A stretch of DNA of 64,000 nucleotides from Candidatus Cloacimonadales bacterium (GTDB taxonomy: Bacteria > Cloacimonadota > Cloacimonadia > Cloacimonadales > JAIOQZ01). The number at the start of each line of letters is the position of its first letter. The first letter of the stretch is position 1. A program made the position numbers and the translations under genes. The notes beneath the pieces were generated by a model. That model was not told the origin of the DNA. It made no database searches and saw only the letters and a list, made by a program, of their open reading frames with translations. Of this stretch, positions 10,241-20,833 are shown in pieces. The stretch is from NCBI GenBank assembly GCA_963674825.1, contig OY771587.1, positions 928,001-992,000 of the forward strand. The letters run 5' to 3'.

Positions 10241-11203
10241 TTACAGCTGACCGGCTTTGAGCCTGGCAGTGAGCTTCTCGATCATATCTTTGGTCATGGC
10301 AGCCGTATCGTATGCAGGCTTCCAATCCCATTCTTCTCTTGCAGCGGAGTCGTCCATGCTGTTTGGCCAGCTATCAGCGATCGCCTGACGAACCGGATCG
10401 ACATCGTAGTCCATGGTAAATCCGGGCATTTCTTTTCTAATCGCTGCCGCGAGTTCTTCGGGATCGAAGCTCATGGCGGTGACGTTGAAGGCGTTGCGAT
10501 GGATCAGCCTTGCAGGATCGGCCTCCATTACGTCGATCGCAGCCTTGAGGCAGTCCGGCATGTACATCATGTCCATGAGGGTCCCCTCTTTGATGTAGCA
10601 TGTGTAGTGACCAGTCTTCACTGCTTCATAGAAGATATGCACCGAATAATCGGTCGTACCACCACCGGGAGGCGTAACGCTGGAGATGATGCCCGGATAG
10701 CGAACACCGCGAGTATCGACGCCGAAGCGCTTGTGATAATAATCGCACAGCAATTCACCGGCGACTTTGGTAACGCCATAGATAGAGGTCGGACGTTGGA
10801 TGGTGTCCTGCGGTGTGTTGTCCGGAGGTGTGGTGGGGCCGAAAGCACCGATCGAGCTGGGAGTGAACACCGCTGCGCCGGTTTCCTTCGCGATAGTCAG
10901 CGTGTTCAAGAGACCGTTCATGTTGACGTTCCAGGCGACTTCCGGTCTCGCTTCCGCAACCGCGGAAAGGAGCGCTGCCAGATGATAGATCGTGTCTATT
11001 TTATGCTTCTTCACCACTTCGGCGAAGCGATTTGCGTCCAGGCAATCGATGACTTCATAGGGACCAGCCTCGACCAGGTCTCCGGTGAGGTCATTGCGGA
11101 TGTCGGACGCGACAACGTTTGATGCTCCGTAAATCTTACGAAGAGCTGCGACGAGTTCGGTTCCAATCTGCCCTGCGGCACCAGTTACAAGAATGTTTTT
11201 CAA
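10241..11203 (-). CDS. tdh: L-threonine 3-dehydrogenase, SDR/GalE-like type
   Basis: LVTGAAGQIG, PSSIGAFG, YGVTK, PGGGTTDY, MMYMPD, RQAIADSWP: signatures of SDR-type ThrDH. Confidence 0.88.
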   Translation of the reverse strand: MKNILVTGAAGQIGTELVAALRKIYGASNVVASDIRNDLTGDLVEAGPYEVIDCLDANRFAEVVKKHKIDTIYHLAALLSAVAEARPEVAWNVNMNGLLNTLTIAKETGAAVFTPSSIGAFGPTTPPDNTPQDTIQRPTSIYGVTKVAGELLCDYYHKRFGVDTRGVRYPGIISSVTPPGGGTTDYSVHIFYEAVKTGHYTCYIKEGTLMDMMYMPDCLKAAIDVMEADPARLIHRNAFNVTAMSFDPEELAAAIRKEMPGFTMDYDVDPVRQAIADSWPNSMDDSAAREEWDWKPAYDTAAMTKDMIEKLTARLKAGQL

Positions 11204-11391
11204 AGCACTTATCCTTTCTTAGCGTAATTTGTAATTGAATCGATTATTTCCTGGCTGTCCCGTTTTTTGTCAACTGGAAAATCAACTGTTTGAGATGAAT
11301 CCTCATATAATGAAAATCCACCGTATCCCTTCGATTCCGATCAAAGTTAATACGGTGGATAAATTCTTTTATTCTCCGTCTTCTGAAAAAC

Positions 11392-13396
11392 CTACTTGAT
11401 CATCAGCGCTTTGCCTGTATATTCCTTGTCGCCAGCCGTAAGCCGGAACAAGTACGTTCCAGACGAAGCCTGCTTTCCATCCTGATCGCAACCGTCCCAG
11501 ACGATCTTGTGCTCAATACCGCCAGCCTGAATACCTCTAACATAACCGCGAACTTTCTCACCGCGGATGTTGTAGATATCCAGCTCGACAGCCACATCAT
11601 TCACCAGATAATAGCTGATCGCAGTCGAGGGATTGAACGGATTCGGATAAATAGAACGAATACCGGTAACCAGTACAGCATCCGGAACGTCCTGCTCTTC
11701 CCCACTGCCTGTGACTGTCAAAGTAACAGGTCCATATAGCTGCACCATACCGGAAAGATCTGTCGATTCCAGCCAGTAGTAGTACGTGTTATTGAGCGAT
11801 ACTTCGTTATCGATCAGTTCGTAGCTGCTTCCAGAAGATGAATTCTGAGCTGCGATCGGTTCTGCGTTGATACGGATCGCCGAATCGACATCTGATATTG
11901 TATTGCGAAGAATGTTGTAACCAAGCATATCGCTTTCGGAAGCTGTAGTCCACTGGATGGACGCAAAGCCCGATTGCGTCTGGGCAGCAGCGAAAGAAGA
12001 GAGCTCTACGGGCAACGTTTCGCTGCTGAGAATGACGTATTCACGTGTGTAGGCACGTCCTCCAGGATTTGCCGTGATGCTGACTGAGCCGGGAACGAAT
12101 TCGCCGATGTACTCATATTCCGTCCAGGTATTAGAGCCGTCATCATGCTGAAAGACACTTGAGGGCGTCTCACTCCCCCCCCAATAATAGGTAAGATTTG
12201 TGGTTACGTCACTTGGAAGTCCTACAGTGAAAGCGCCGATCACATCCTCGGGATAGGGTACAGCGAGTTGCGGTTGATCGGTGATCATACCCCACAAAGT
12301 AAATGCGGCAGGTTCGGACACAAATGAGTAGTCAATTGCAGGATTCCAGGGACCATCGCCGAGGTCAATAATTGGGAAAACCAGTTGATCTGGGCCTGTA
12401 CCACCGGTGATTACCTCTTGTGCAAAAACAATCGCGGAAGGGACTCCAGTTGGATCTGCCGGTTCCGACATTACTGTGTAGGTCTGTGTCCCCAGCGCCG
12501 GATAATCTTCTCCCGGCCCAAACGGTACGACGTACCAGCTGACAGTCTCACCCCAGCCTGCTTGTGGTAACGCGCAGTTGTAAACCATCTCACCGAGGTA
12601 GTCGATTGATTCGCCTAACTGTGACCCGTTACAGAACACATTGAAGCCAAAGACCATATCGATGCCTGCATAGTCCCAGCTAACGGTAACCAAACGAGGC
12701 ATATTCGTTTCGCCGTTCGCCGGGAAAATGGCGTTGCAGTCCGATTCAGGTGTGTCAAATGTCATATCCAGGCCATATGATGTACCGTTCGTATTCGTAG
12801 CTTTAACACGATAATGATAGGTTGTGTTGGGAGTCAGTCCGCCAAGCATGTGGAATACCTCGGTCAACGAACTGCCGGTAACTGGGCTCTGATCAGCCTG
12901 TACTGTCATGCCGTAATTGAGATCCGTACCATATTCGAATTCAACTGCCGTGCTTTGCCCCATAGCATTTACATAGCCCTGGAACATTGCAAATGTGGTG
13001 AAGATGTTCGTCGCTGTGTTCGTGATAGCGATGGGGTAGAAGCCCGGAATAGTTTCGAACGTGGAATCTCCGCCGTGAACAGTCCCTCCACTGTAGCTTC
13101 CACATATACGGAAGTGATAGGTTCTGAATGGTGTCAATCCCGTGATTTCGGCACTGCATTCGTGCATCCCATCAATACTATAAACCGATGTCGGAGTAGC
13201 ATCGACGTATGTTCCATAACTCATGTCAAGCCCATATTCGAACCAGACATCGACCATGTTATCCCAGGGCTGTAATCATCAATGGCTCTAACCTACCGGT
13301 TTGATTCAGATTATCTATTACCACATTGTCGTTTCCAACATTCGCTGAGAGTAACACGATAAAAACAAGAAAAATCACCGTGAAGATTCGATTCAT
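11392..13396 (-). pseudogene. Secreted FN3-repeat protein with C-terminal FlgD-Ig/T9SS-like sorting domain, frameshifted near 13270
   Basis: Signal-peptide ORF 13259-13396 (MNRIFTVIFLVF...) and body 11392-13257 are in different frames; GLTPFRTYHFR and GLTPNTTYHYRV FN3 motifs; TLPVELSSF; YPNPFNPST. Confidence 0.7.
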
Positions 13397-13581
13397 AGAA
13401 ACCCCCAAAAAAAAGAATTTACTGAGTAGTGTTCCCATAACGCTTTGTGTCAAGAATATTGTGTTTCATGAATGAATTATCCTCATCGGTTCATTATTCT
13501 GATTTGCTACTCAGCTTATACCGTGATGCAGAATGGCTTTTATCTTTCAAATGTTGACAGAAACATGAGCTTTCAAATCAA

Positions 13582-14862
13582 ATGATTAGCATGGGAAAAT
13601 TTGTGACATTCTTCGTCGAGCGGGACATCCACCCGCGGCGAAAAGCTAACAGAAAACTGGAATCGCTGCACATGCTGAGCGGGATCATCATATCCGTCGC
13701 GGCGCTCATGACCGCGCTGGCGCTATTCTCGGGGTACGAGAAAGCGCTGAAGGATGTGATTCTGGGCGTCAATTCGCACTGCTATATCTTCCGTTTCGGC
13801 AGTCGCGATATCACGCCGGAAGACGAGCGTAGGATCGAGGAATATCTCGCATCGAAGCCGGAAATTGAAGCTATTGGTGCGGCAGTGAACGCTCAGGCAA
13901 TGGCAGTGCGCGGTCAGCGCACCAAAGGCGTGACTTTGCGCGGAATCGATACGGCCAGCGAGAGCCTTCCCACCCACTACCATCGTTACGTAAGGAAAGG
14001 ACGCGCGATCCTCGAAAACGATCGTGAAGCGGTGATCGGCATCAAGCTGATGCAAGAGCTGGGCCTCGATCTCGGCGACACGCTCAAGATCGTCAGTCCG
14101 CTGCACCCCAGGCTGACTCCGATGGGCTTAAAACCGAAATCCGCGCGGTTCGTCATCGTGGGCATCTACGAATCGGGTATGTACGAGTACGACAGCACCT
14201 ACCTGATCACTCAGCCACACGCAGCGGCTCAGTTCACCATGAGTCCAGACGAATTTTCCTGGCTCGAACTCAAACTAAAGCCTGAATACATCGATAATGC
14301 GGATGTCCTGGCAAGTCGATGGGAAGACGAGCTGAATCTCTACGCCCGTTCAGAGGATCCCGAATTCTACGGATCCTATCGCATCGCATCATGGATATTC
14401 TATAACGGTAACCTATTCACGCTTATTACGTTGGAAAAGTGGATCCTTTTCATCATTATGAGCTTCATGGTGATGATCGCATCCTTCAACGTCGTAAGCG
14501 GAATTCTCACATCGATCCTGGAACGACGACGCGATATCGGAATTTTGAAAGCATACGGCGCAACTTCCGGGATGATCAAGCGCATCTTCATGGGCCGAAC
14601 CATGCTCATGACCGCTCTCGCTGTCCTTTGTGGCGAAGCGCTCGGATACGTCCTGGGACAGATTATCAGCCATCAGACGCTTTATCAGCTCAAGGGCGAT
14701 GTCTATTTTCTCGAAAAGCTGAACGTAAGTTTCAGCTGGGAAGTGTGGCTGATCGTTTTTGTGGTCGCGATGGTGATCGTACTACTTACAGCACTGTTCC
14801 CGCTACGCAAGATCGAATCGATGAACGTGAGTGAAATCCTGCGGAATTCACATGGGAAATAG
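13582..14862 (+). CDS. lolC: LolC/E-family lipoprotein-releasing ABC permease
   Basis: VGIYESGMYEYD, MVMIASFNV, ERRRDIGILKAYGA; precedes lolD. Confidence 0.82.
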   Translation: MISMGKFVTFFVERDIHPRRKANRKLESLHMLSGIIISVAALMTALALFSGYEKALKDVILGVNSHCYIFRFGSRDITPEDERRIEEYLASKPEIEAIGAAVNAQAMAVRGQRTKGVTLRGIDTASESLPTHYHRYVRKGRAILENDREAVIGIKLMQELGLDLGDTLKIVSPLHPRLTPMGLKPKSARFVIVGIYESGMYEYDSTYLITQPHAAAQFTMSPDEFSWLELKLKPEYIDNADVLASRWEDELNLYARSEDPEFYGSYRIASWIFYNGNLFTLITLEKWILFIIMSFMVMIASFNVVSGILTSILERRRDIGILKAYGATSGMIKRIFMGRTMLMTALAVLCGEALGYVLGQIISHQTLYQLKGDVYFLEKLNVSFSWEVWLIVFVVAMVIVLLTALFPLRKIESMNVSEILRNSHGK

Positions 14863-14870
14863 GAGACACA

Positions 14871-15533
14871 ATGCTATTGAAAGCTAAGAACATACAAAAG
14901 AGTTATCAAGAAACCGCTGGGAAACTGACAGTGCTCAGGGATATCAACCTCGAAGTAGCCGAAGGCGAGATGATCGCAATAACGGGTGAATCGGGCTGCG
15001 GTAAAAGCACCCTGCTGCACGTTCTCGGACTCCTTGATCAACCTGACAGCGGCGTTATCTCCTATCACAACAAAGAAATGAAACCCGACGACCGCAGAAT
15101 CGCGAACTTTCGTAATCGCTCAATCGGGTTCGTCTTTCAGTTCCATTACTTGCTCGAAGATTTCACCGCGAAAGAAAACGTGATGATCCCAGCCCTGATC
15201 GGTGGGAAGAGCCGCAAGGAATCGGAGAAGATGGCGCTTGAGCTACTTGATCTGCTCGAGATTGGTGCGCGACAGGAGCATTTCCCTAATCAGCTTAGCG
15301 GTGGCGAATTGCAGCGCATCGCTATAGCCCGTGCGCTGATCAACCGACCCGCGATCGTCTTCGCGGACGAACCGACCGGCAACCTCGATCCCCGGCACAG
15401 CGAGGAGGTCGTCAACCTTATCATCCGCCTGAACCAAGATATTGGGCAGACCTTCGTTGTGGTCACCCATAACCTCGGCATCGCCGGGCGGATGCAGAAA
15501 CACTATGTATTGGATGACGGAATCCTGCGCTAA
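14871..15533 (+). CDS. lolD: LolD-like ABC ATPase
   Basis: GESGCGKST, IGFVFQFHYLL, LSGGELQR, ADEPTGNLD. Confidence 0.88.
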   Translation: MLLKAKNIQKSYQETAGKLTVLRDINLEVAEGEMIAITGESGCGKSTLLHVLGLLDQPDSGVISYHNKEMKPDDRRIANFRNRSIGFVFQFHYLLEDFTAKENVMIPALIGGKSRKESEKMALELLDLLEIGARQEHFPNQLSGGELQRIAIARALINRPAIVFADEPTGNLDPRHSEEVVNLIIRLNQDIGQTFVVVTHNLGIAGRMQKHYVLDDGILR

Positions 15534-15543
15534 ATAGACGCAT

Positions 15544-18500
15544 ATGAAATATAAAAAATGGCTACCCATCGTGGTGGCGATTCTGTTTCTAATCAATCTG
15601 GCGGCGTTTATCGTCTTCAAGGTAATCGATCTTGATCTGCTGGTGAGAGATAAAATCACCCGAAGGATCACTTCAACTCTAAATGCCGAAGTGACCATCG
15701 ACGATTTCACACTGGATGACCAGCAGGTCAATATCAGTGGAATGACCATCGACTGGCGCGAGCAGAACATGAAACTGACCGTCGATCAGGTCTACATCCG
15801 CTACAAGCTGCGCAAACTGTTATTCTCCGGATTCAGCATTCCCGGAGTTATCGATCAAATTTCCATTTATAATCCAAGGTTCGATATACTGATCGAATCA
15901 GCAGTAGATAAATCACCTAAAGAGTTTCCATCCCTGGAAGAGATTCTGGAGAACTTACCCGATCTCAGCGGTTATTTTAACGTCCTGACCGCCGAAAACG
16001 GTACCGTTTCGCTACGTTACGACAGTCCGGAAATCACAGTAGCAGACACGATCCGGGCTATTCGCATTTACGCTCGTAATGAAGAACTCTGTCACGTAGG
16101 CTTTACCGCAGGCGATTCGCTCGCAGGACTCACCGGAAGCCTGGTTATGCAGCGCGGTGAATTCCTCAACGCGGACGTGAAGCTGAGTGACTATCGTCCT
16201 GATGTACTGGACATCCCCATGTTCGACGACCTCGATTTCCGCTTTGACAGCCATGTTCATCTGACAAAACAGGGATTCCGGCTGGATGGCGCAATCCGCG
16301 ACCTGCGTGTTGACTATCGCGATCAGAAGGTGCGTGCAGACTCAATCGCGTACGAAGGCTCGCTCGATTCGATCATGGTCCGCACCCAGCGCATGTCCTT
16401 CAACGGCGACCCCGTGCGGCAGCAAGTCATTGTCACCAATCCGCTCAAACCAGAGCGTCGCATCGAGGGCACCTTCCACAGTGTAATCAATGTTCAGAAT
16501 TACGTTGATTCGCTTGACGGACACTTCGAGGTGGATGGAAACCTCACCAACGAAACCGGCGAAATCCTCTTTTTTGCAGGTGTGTCATCCGATTCACTTC
16601 GCTACGGCAGCCATATCGTACGTGATATCAAAGGCAATCTTGAAGCGGATATGGAAGGTGTGCGGTTCGATTTGAACCGACTCCTGTTCGAGCGCAACCG
16701 GCTATCCGCGCAGGGAGTTTATAATTTTGAGAAAGGCCTCCACGTCGATGTGGACGCACCCGGCTTCATCTGGGATGAATCGGGGCTTGTAGCGGAAGGA
16801 AATATCGTTGCGACTGTCGATTATCACCAAGGTAAGCCTCTCGTAGTTACGGCAACCATGGAAGACTTCGCAGTTCACGACCAATATATAGAGATCTCCG
16901 ACCTTTCGGCGGATATCGATTTGACCGGCGATCAGCTTTCTGTGAGAATCCTCGAACGTAATGAACATCTGGAAATTGCGCTTGAAGCCGATCTTGCCAA
17001 AGAAAGCATCTCCGCAGATTTGCAGTTCACACGCTTCGATCTCAAGAAATACCTGCCATTCATGAACTCACTCGGTTCAAGCCTTCCCGCGGTAAACGGC
17101 AATGTGCATATCATCGGCGATAGAAACAACATACAGCTCGATTCCAGGCTGCGCATCTATGAAGAACGATACGGCATGCTGGATGGTTTTCTAATCACCA
17201 ACGCTGTGATCGACCTTCTTCACGAACGGACGTATTTGCATGTTCGCACCCGCAGCGGTGTATATAATTACGAGCCCATCAAGTTTCACATGCTGGCAGC
17301 CGGAGACCTTCAGAGCCTGCACACGCTTGATTGTCGCATCAATGACCAGATTGCTGTTGATCTGCACCTTTCCCGTAAACCGGAGCTCGACTTTGGCTTC
17401 CGCATCAGAGCGAAAGATATTGTTATCCCCGATTACCTGCAATACTTCATGAACAACTACAATGCCCGGAAGTTCGAGGGAGAAACCGACTTCGACTTTG
17501 CATACAACATGGACGCTGACGACCGCGTAAAGGGCTGGCTCACACTCGAAGACTTCCGCTACGAAAACGTCTGTCCACTTTCGACAATGTTCAGATTTAG
17601 CGGAACGAAAGAATCCGTGCAGTTCGAACCATTTATGGTAACATCCGTAGGACAACTTGTTTCACGCGGAGAGGCATCCGTTCATCTTGAACCAAAGCCA
17701 TCCGTGCTGTTCAACCTTTCCACAGACGACCTGGATTTGAAGAAGCTTTTCATGGACTCGAACAACCGCGGAACCGTTTCGGGAGCAGTCAATTGCCGCT
17801 TCATGGAGGGTGACGATCACATTGAAGGGTGGGTATCAGCGCGAGATATCAATCTTTCCGGTTTCCAGGCTGACTCGATCTATGTCGAAGCTTCTCAGGA
17901 AAGCGGACAATTACGTATCGATACACTTTATGCTTACCAAAAACCCTATTTTGAGATGAATGTATCCGGGGCAATTGGCTATAATTTCCTTCGCGAAAAG
18001 GCTTTCGAAGACTCCAGCGTGGTTAAGGTCGCTTTCAGTGGCGACTTCCTCAAAATGCTCTCCGATCGTTTCAGCTTTCTGCATCACGGCCAATCATCGG
18101 CCGAGATCAAACTCGAACTCGGATTAAAAGATGAGCAGTTCAACATCCGTTCAGGTAATATCCAGCTCAAAGACGGCGAGATCAAGCCAGACTATTTCAA
18201 CACAAAAGTCCGCGATATCCAGATCGATATGCGGATCGAAGACGATATCCTGAATATCGAGGAGTTCAGTCTCGGCACGGAAGGCCCCGGACGGCTTCAC
18301 ATCGAGAACGACAATATCGGAGCTGAAGACCAATTCAAGCTCGGTACTCTCCAAATGGGATATTTTTACGCCTATACAGATCAGGAAGGAATCTGGGCAT
18401 CCATACCTTGGTATATGCCGGAGAATACCCTTGGCAACGCGATTATCACCGGGCGAAATGAAGATCGTGCCAAGATTTCCGGGCCTTTCGACGACATCCA

Positions 18501-19629
18501 CATCATCGGCGACCTGAACATCTCCAACGGCGGTGCAATCTACCCGGAAGATGTGACCAGCCTGTTGGACATCGTAGGAACCGAAACCACTTCCTGGATC
18601 AACGACCGTTTAAGCCTCGATAAGCGCTCGAAGGAGAAGAAAAGGAAGTCTCGATACTCGGAATACGTTCGCATTGGCGTACCAATCACGATGGACCTGA
18701 TGCTGCACTTCAAGGACAATTGTTTCTATGTTATGAATCCATGCAACTTCGAGGTGAATCCAGATAGCTATCTCCAACTATATCTTTGGGACAAGTATAT
18801 CTTTGTGAAAGAGGCGATGTTCACTTCCGAGCGAGGAACGATGGACCTCTTCGGCTCGACCTTCCAGGTGGATTACGTCGAAGTGGTGGTTAACCAGTAT
18901 CTAGATAAGAAAGGCGACGAAATCCTTGGTCTCAGCGACTATGACGTGAAGATCAAAGCCTCGCTCTATAACAAGACCGCCGACGGTACCCTAATAACGC
19001 TGGATGTGATTCCGCAGGATCAGGATCGCAAGAACATCATCGGGAACCTCCAGTTCCAGCTCCGTAGCGATGATCCTAACGACCAGACTGTCATGTCCAT
19101 GCTCTCCAAACTTAAGTACGGACGCAGCCACGACGAGGTTACGCAACAACAACAGGAAGCGCTTTTCCAGGATGAAGCGCTCTATATGGCAGGCGCTGGT
19201 GTTGAGAACATCTACATTAATCCGTTCCTTTCGCCGGTCGAGAACACATTCCGTAAGTATCTGCATCTGGACTACTTCTACATCAGGCCGGGCATCTTCC
19301 GCAACCTCTTCTACGAATACGCAGGTTCACACGTGGACGAGATCGAACCGGTGGAACAGGAAAGCAATATGTCGCGCTTCAGTGGTATTCTGCTGAACGA
19401 TCTTTCAGTCCGCCTCGGCAAGTACCTCACGCGAAACCTGTTTGTCGATTACGAATTTCTGGTGGAGAAAACAACGGATATCGAGCGCACCAGGATGACA
19501 TTATCGCACGATTTCACAGTGCGTTACGACCTCCCTTGGAGATTCAGGCTCGGATACACCTACCGGCTCGAGAACGATATCAATACTCAGGTGCATCAAA
19601 TCATGCTGGAAAAATCTTTACGATTTTGA
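15544..19629 (+). CDS. Large AsmA/TamB-like periplasmic beta-rich protein
   Basis: 1361 aa, single N-terminal TM anchor, amphipathic beta repeats, C-terminal VRLGKYLTRNLFVDY and terminal Phe. Confidence 0.65.
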   Translation: MKYKKWLPIVVAILFLINLAAFIVFKVIDLDLLVRDKITRRITSTLNAEVTIDDFTLDDQQVNISGMTIDWREQNMKLTVDQVYIRYKLRKLLFSGFSIPGVIDQISIYNPRFDILIESAVDKSPKEFPSLEEILENLPDLSGYFNVLTAENGTVSLRYDSPEITVADTIRAIRIYARNEELCHVGFTAGDSLAGLTGSLVMQRGEFLNADVKLSDYRPDVLDIPMFDDLDFRFDSHVHLTKQGFRLDGAIRDLRVDYRDQKVRADSIAYEGSLDSIMVRTQRMSFNGDPVRQQVIVTNPLKPERRIEGTFHSVINVQNYVDSLDGHFEVDGNLTNETGEILFFAGVSSDSLRYGSHIVRDIKGNLEADMEGVRFDLNRLLFERNRLSAQGVYNFEKGLHVDVDAPGFIWDESGLVAEGNIVATVDYHQGKPLVVTATMEDFAVHDQYIEISDLSADIDLTGDQLSVRILERNEHLEIALEADLAKESISADLQFTRFDLKKYLPFMNSLGSSLPAVNGNVHIIGDRNNIQLDSRLRIYEERYGMLDGFLITNAVIDLLHERTYLHVRTRSGVYNYEPIKFHMLAAGDLQSLHTLDCRINDQIAVDLHLSRKPELDFGFRIRAKDIVIPDYLQYFMNNYNARKFEGETDFDFAYNMDADDRVKGWLTLEDFRYENVCPLSTMFRFSGTKESVQFEPFMVTSVGQLVSRGEASVHLEPKPSVLFNLSTDDLDLKKLFMDSNNRGTVSGAVNCRFMEGDDHIEGWVSARDINLSGFQADSIYVEASQESGQLRIDTLYAYQKPYFEMNVSGAIGYNFLREKAFEDSSVVKVAFSGDFLKMLSDRFSFLHHGQSSAEIKLELGLKDEQFNIRSGNIQLKDGEIKPDYFNTKVRDIQIDMRIEDDILNIEEFSLGTEGPGRLHIENDNIGAEDQFKLGTLQMGYFYAYTDQEGIWASIPWYMPENTLGNAIITGRNEDRAKISGPFDDIHIIGDLNISNGGAIYPEDVTSLLDIVGTETTSWINDRLSLDKRSKEKKRKSRYSEYVRIGVPITMDLMLHFKDNCFYVMNPCNFEVNPDSYLQLYLWDKYIFVKEAMFTSERGTMDLFGSTFQVDYVEVVVNQYLDKKGDEILGLSDYDVKIKASLYNKTADGTLITLDVIPQDQDRKNIIGNLQFQLRSDDPNDQTVMSMLSKLKYGRSHDEVTQQQQEALFQDEALYMAGAGVENIYINPFLSPVENTFRKYLHLDYFYIRPGIFRNLFYEYAGSHVDEIEPVEQESNMSRFSGILLNDLSVRLGKYLTRNLFVDYEFLVEKTTDIERTRMTLSHDFTVRYDLPWRFRLGYTYRLENDINTQVHQIMLEKSLRF

Positions 19630-19679
19630 TGCGTATGACTTCTTGACATAAACGATAATGCTATGTTATAAGGGATAAA

Positions 19680-20789
19680 ATGAAAAGCGATACAGTGTTT
19701 TTATCGGTCGATTGTCTTAGAAATTTCATGGAGAAGGTGTTTGTCAAACTCGGTGTACCGGAAGAGGATGCGGTAATCTGCGCGGATGTGCTGATCACCA
19801 GCGATCTTCACGGAATCGAATCGCACGGCATCGGCAGATTGAAGATGTATTACGACCGCATCCGCGAGGGCATCCTGAATCCCGTGACCAAAATCGACGT
19901 TATGCGCGATAAAGGCGCAACAGCTGTGTGGGACGGCAATCATGGCATGGGACATGTTATCGGCAAGAAAGCGATGCACAAGGCGATCGAGAAGGCCGGT
20001 CAGTACGGCGTCGGAATTGTCACCGTGCGAAATTCGAGCCACTACGGAATCGCCGGCTATTATGCCAAACTCGCTGTTGAACAGGGCATGATCGGCATCA
20101 CGTTCACGAACGCGCGTCCGTCGATCGCACCAACATTCGGGACAACTCCCATGCTGGGAACGAACCCGATCTGCTTCGGTGCGCCGTCGGACATGGACTA
20201 CCCGTTTCTCTTTGATGCAGCGACATCCATAAGCCAGCGCGGAAAGATCGAAGTGCTGGATCGCGAAGAGAAAGAGACACCATCCGGTTGGGCTATCGAT
20301 TCCGAAGGTAACCCCTACACGGATACGCCCAAACTATTGGTTGATCTGATCAAACAGAATGCCGCGATGCTGCCCCTTGGCGGGATTGGTGAAACGATGG
20401 GTGGTCACAAGGGCTACGGCCTGGCAACAATGGTAGAAATCCTCTGCGCGTCATTGCAAAACGGTAGCTTTCTGAATGGACTGCACGGATTCGATCAAGA
20501 TGGCAAACGCGTTCCGCACGCTCTGGGCCATTTCTTCATGGCGATTGATATAAGCTTCTTCACCGAACCGGAGGATTTCTGCCGGACAACCGGTGAAATC
20601 ATGCGTCAGCTCAAAGGAGCAAAGCTTGCGATTGGCGCAGAAAAGATTTTTATCGCAGGAGAGAAGGAACACGAGAACATACAACGCGTTATGAAAGAGG
20701 GAGTTCCGGTGATTCCGAATTTACAGAAGAATATTCGTATCATGCAGGAAAAACTGGGCCTGGATGATGACCTGATACCAAGAAGCTGA
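19680..20789 (+). CDS. Ldh_2-family (malate/L-lactate/sulfolactate) dehydrogenase
   Basis: DLHGIESHG, RNSSHYG, LGTNPI, GGHKGYGL. Confidence 0.9.
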   Translation: MKSDTVFLSVDCLRNFMEKVFVKLGVPEEDAVICADVLITSDLHGIESHGIGRLKMYYDRIREGILNPVTKIDVMRDKGATAVWDGNHGMGHVIGKKAMHKAIEKAGQYGVGIVTVRNSSHYGIAGYYAKLAVEQGMIGITFTNARPSIAPTFGTTPMLGTNPICFGAPSDMDYPFLFDAATSISQRGKIEVLDREEKETPSGWAIDSEGNPYTDTPKLLVDLIKQNAAMLPLGGIGETMGGHKGYGLATMVEILCASLQNGSFLNGLHGFDQDGKRVPHALGHFFMAIDISFFTEPEDFCRTTGEIMRQLKGAKLAIGAEKIFIAGEKEHENIQRVMKEGVPVIPNLQKNIRIMQEKLGLDDDLIPRS

Positions 20790-20833
20790 TTAAATCATTA
20801 TTCAAGAATATACATGATAAACAAGGAGGAATT

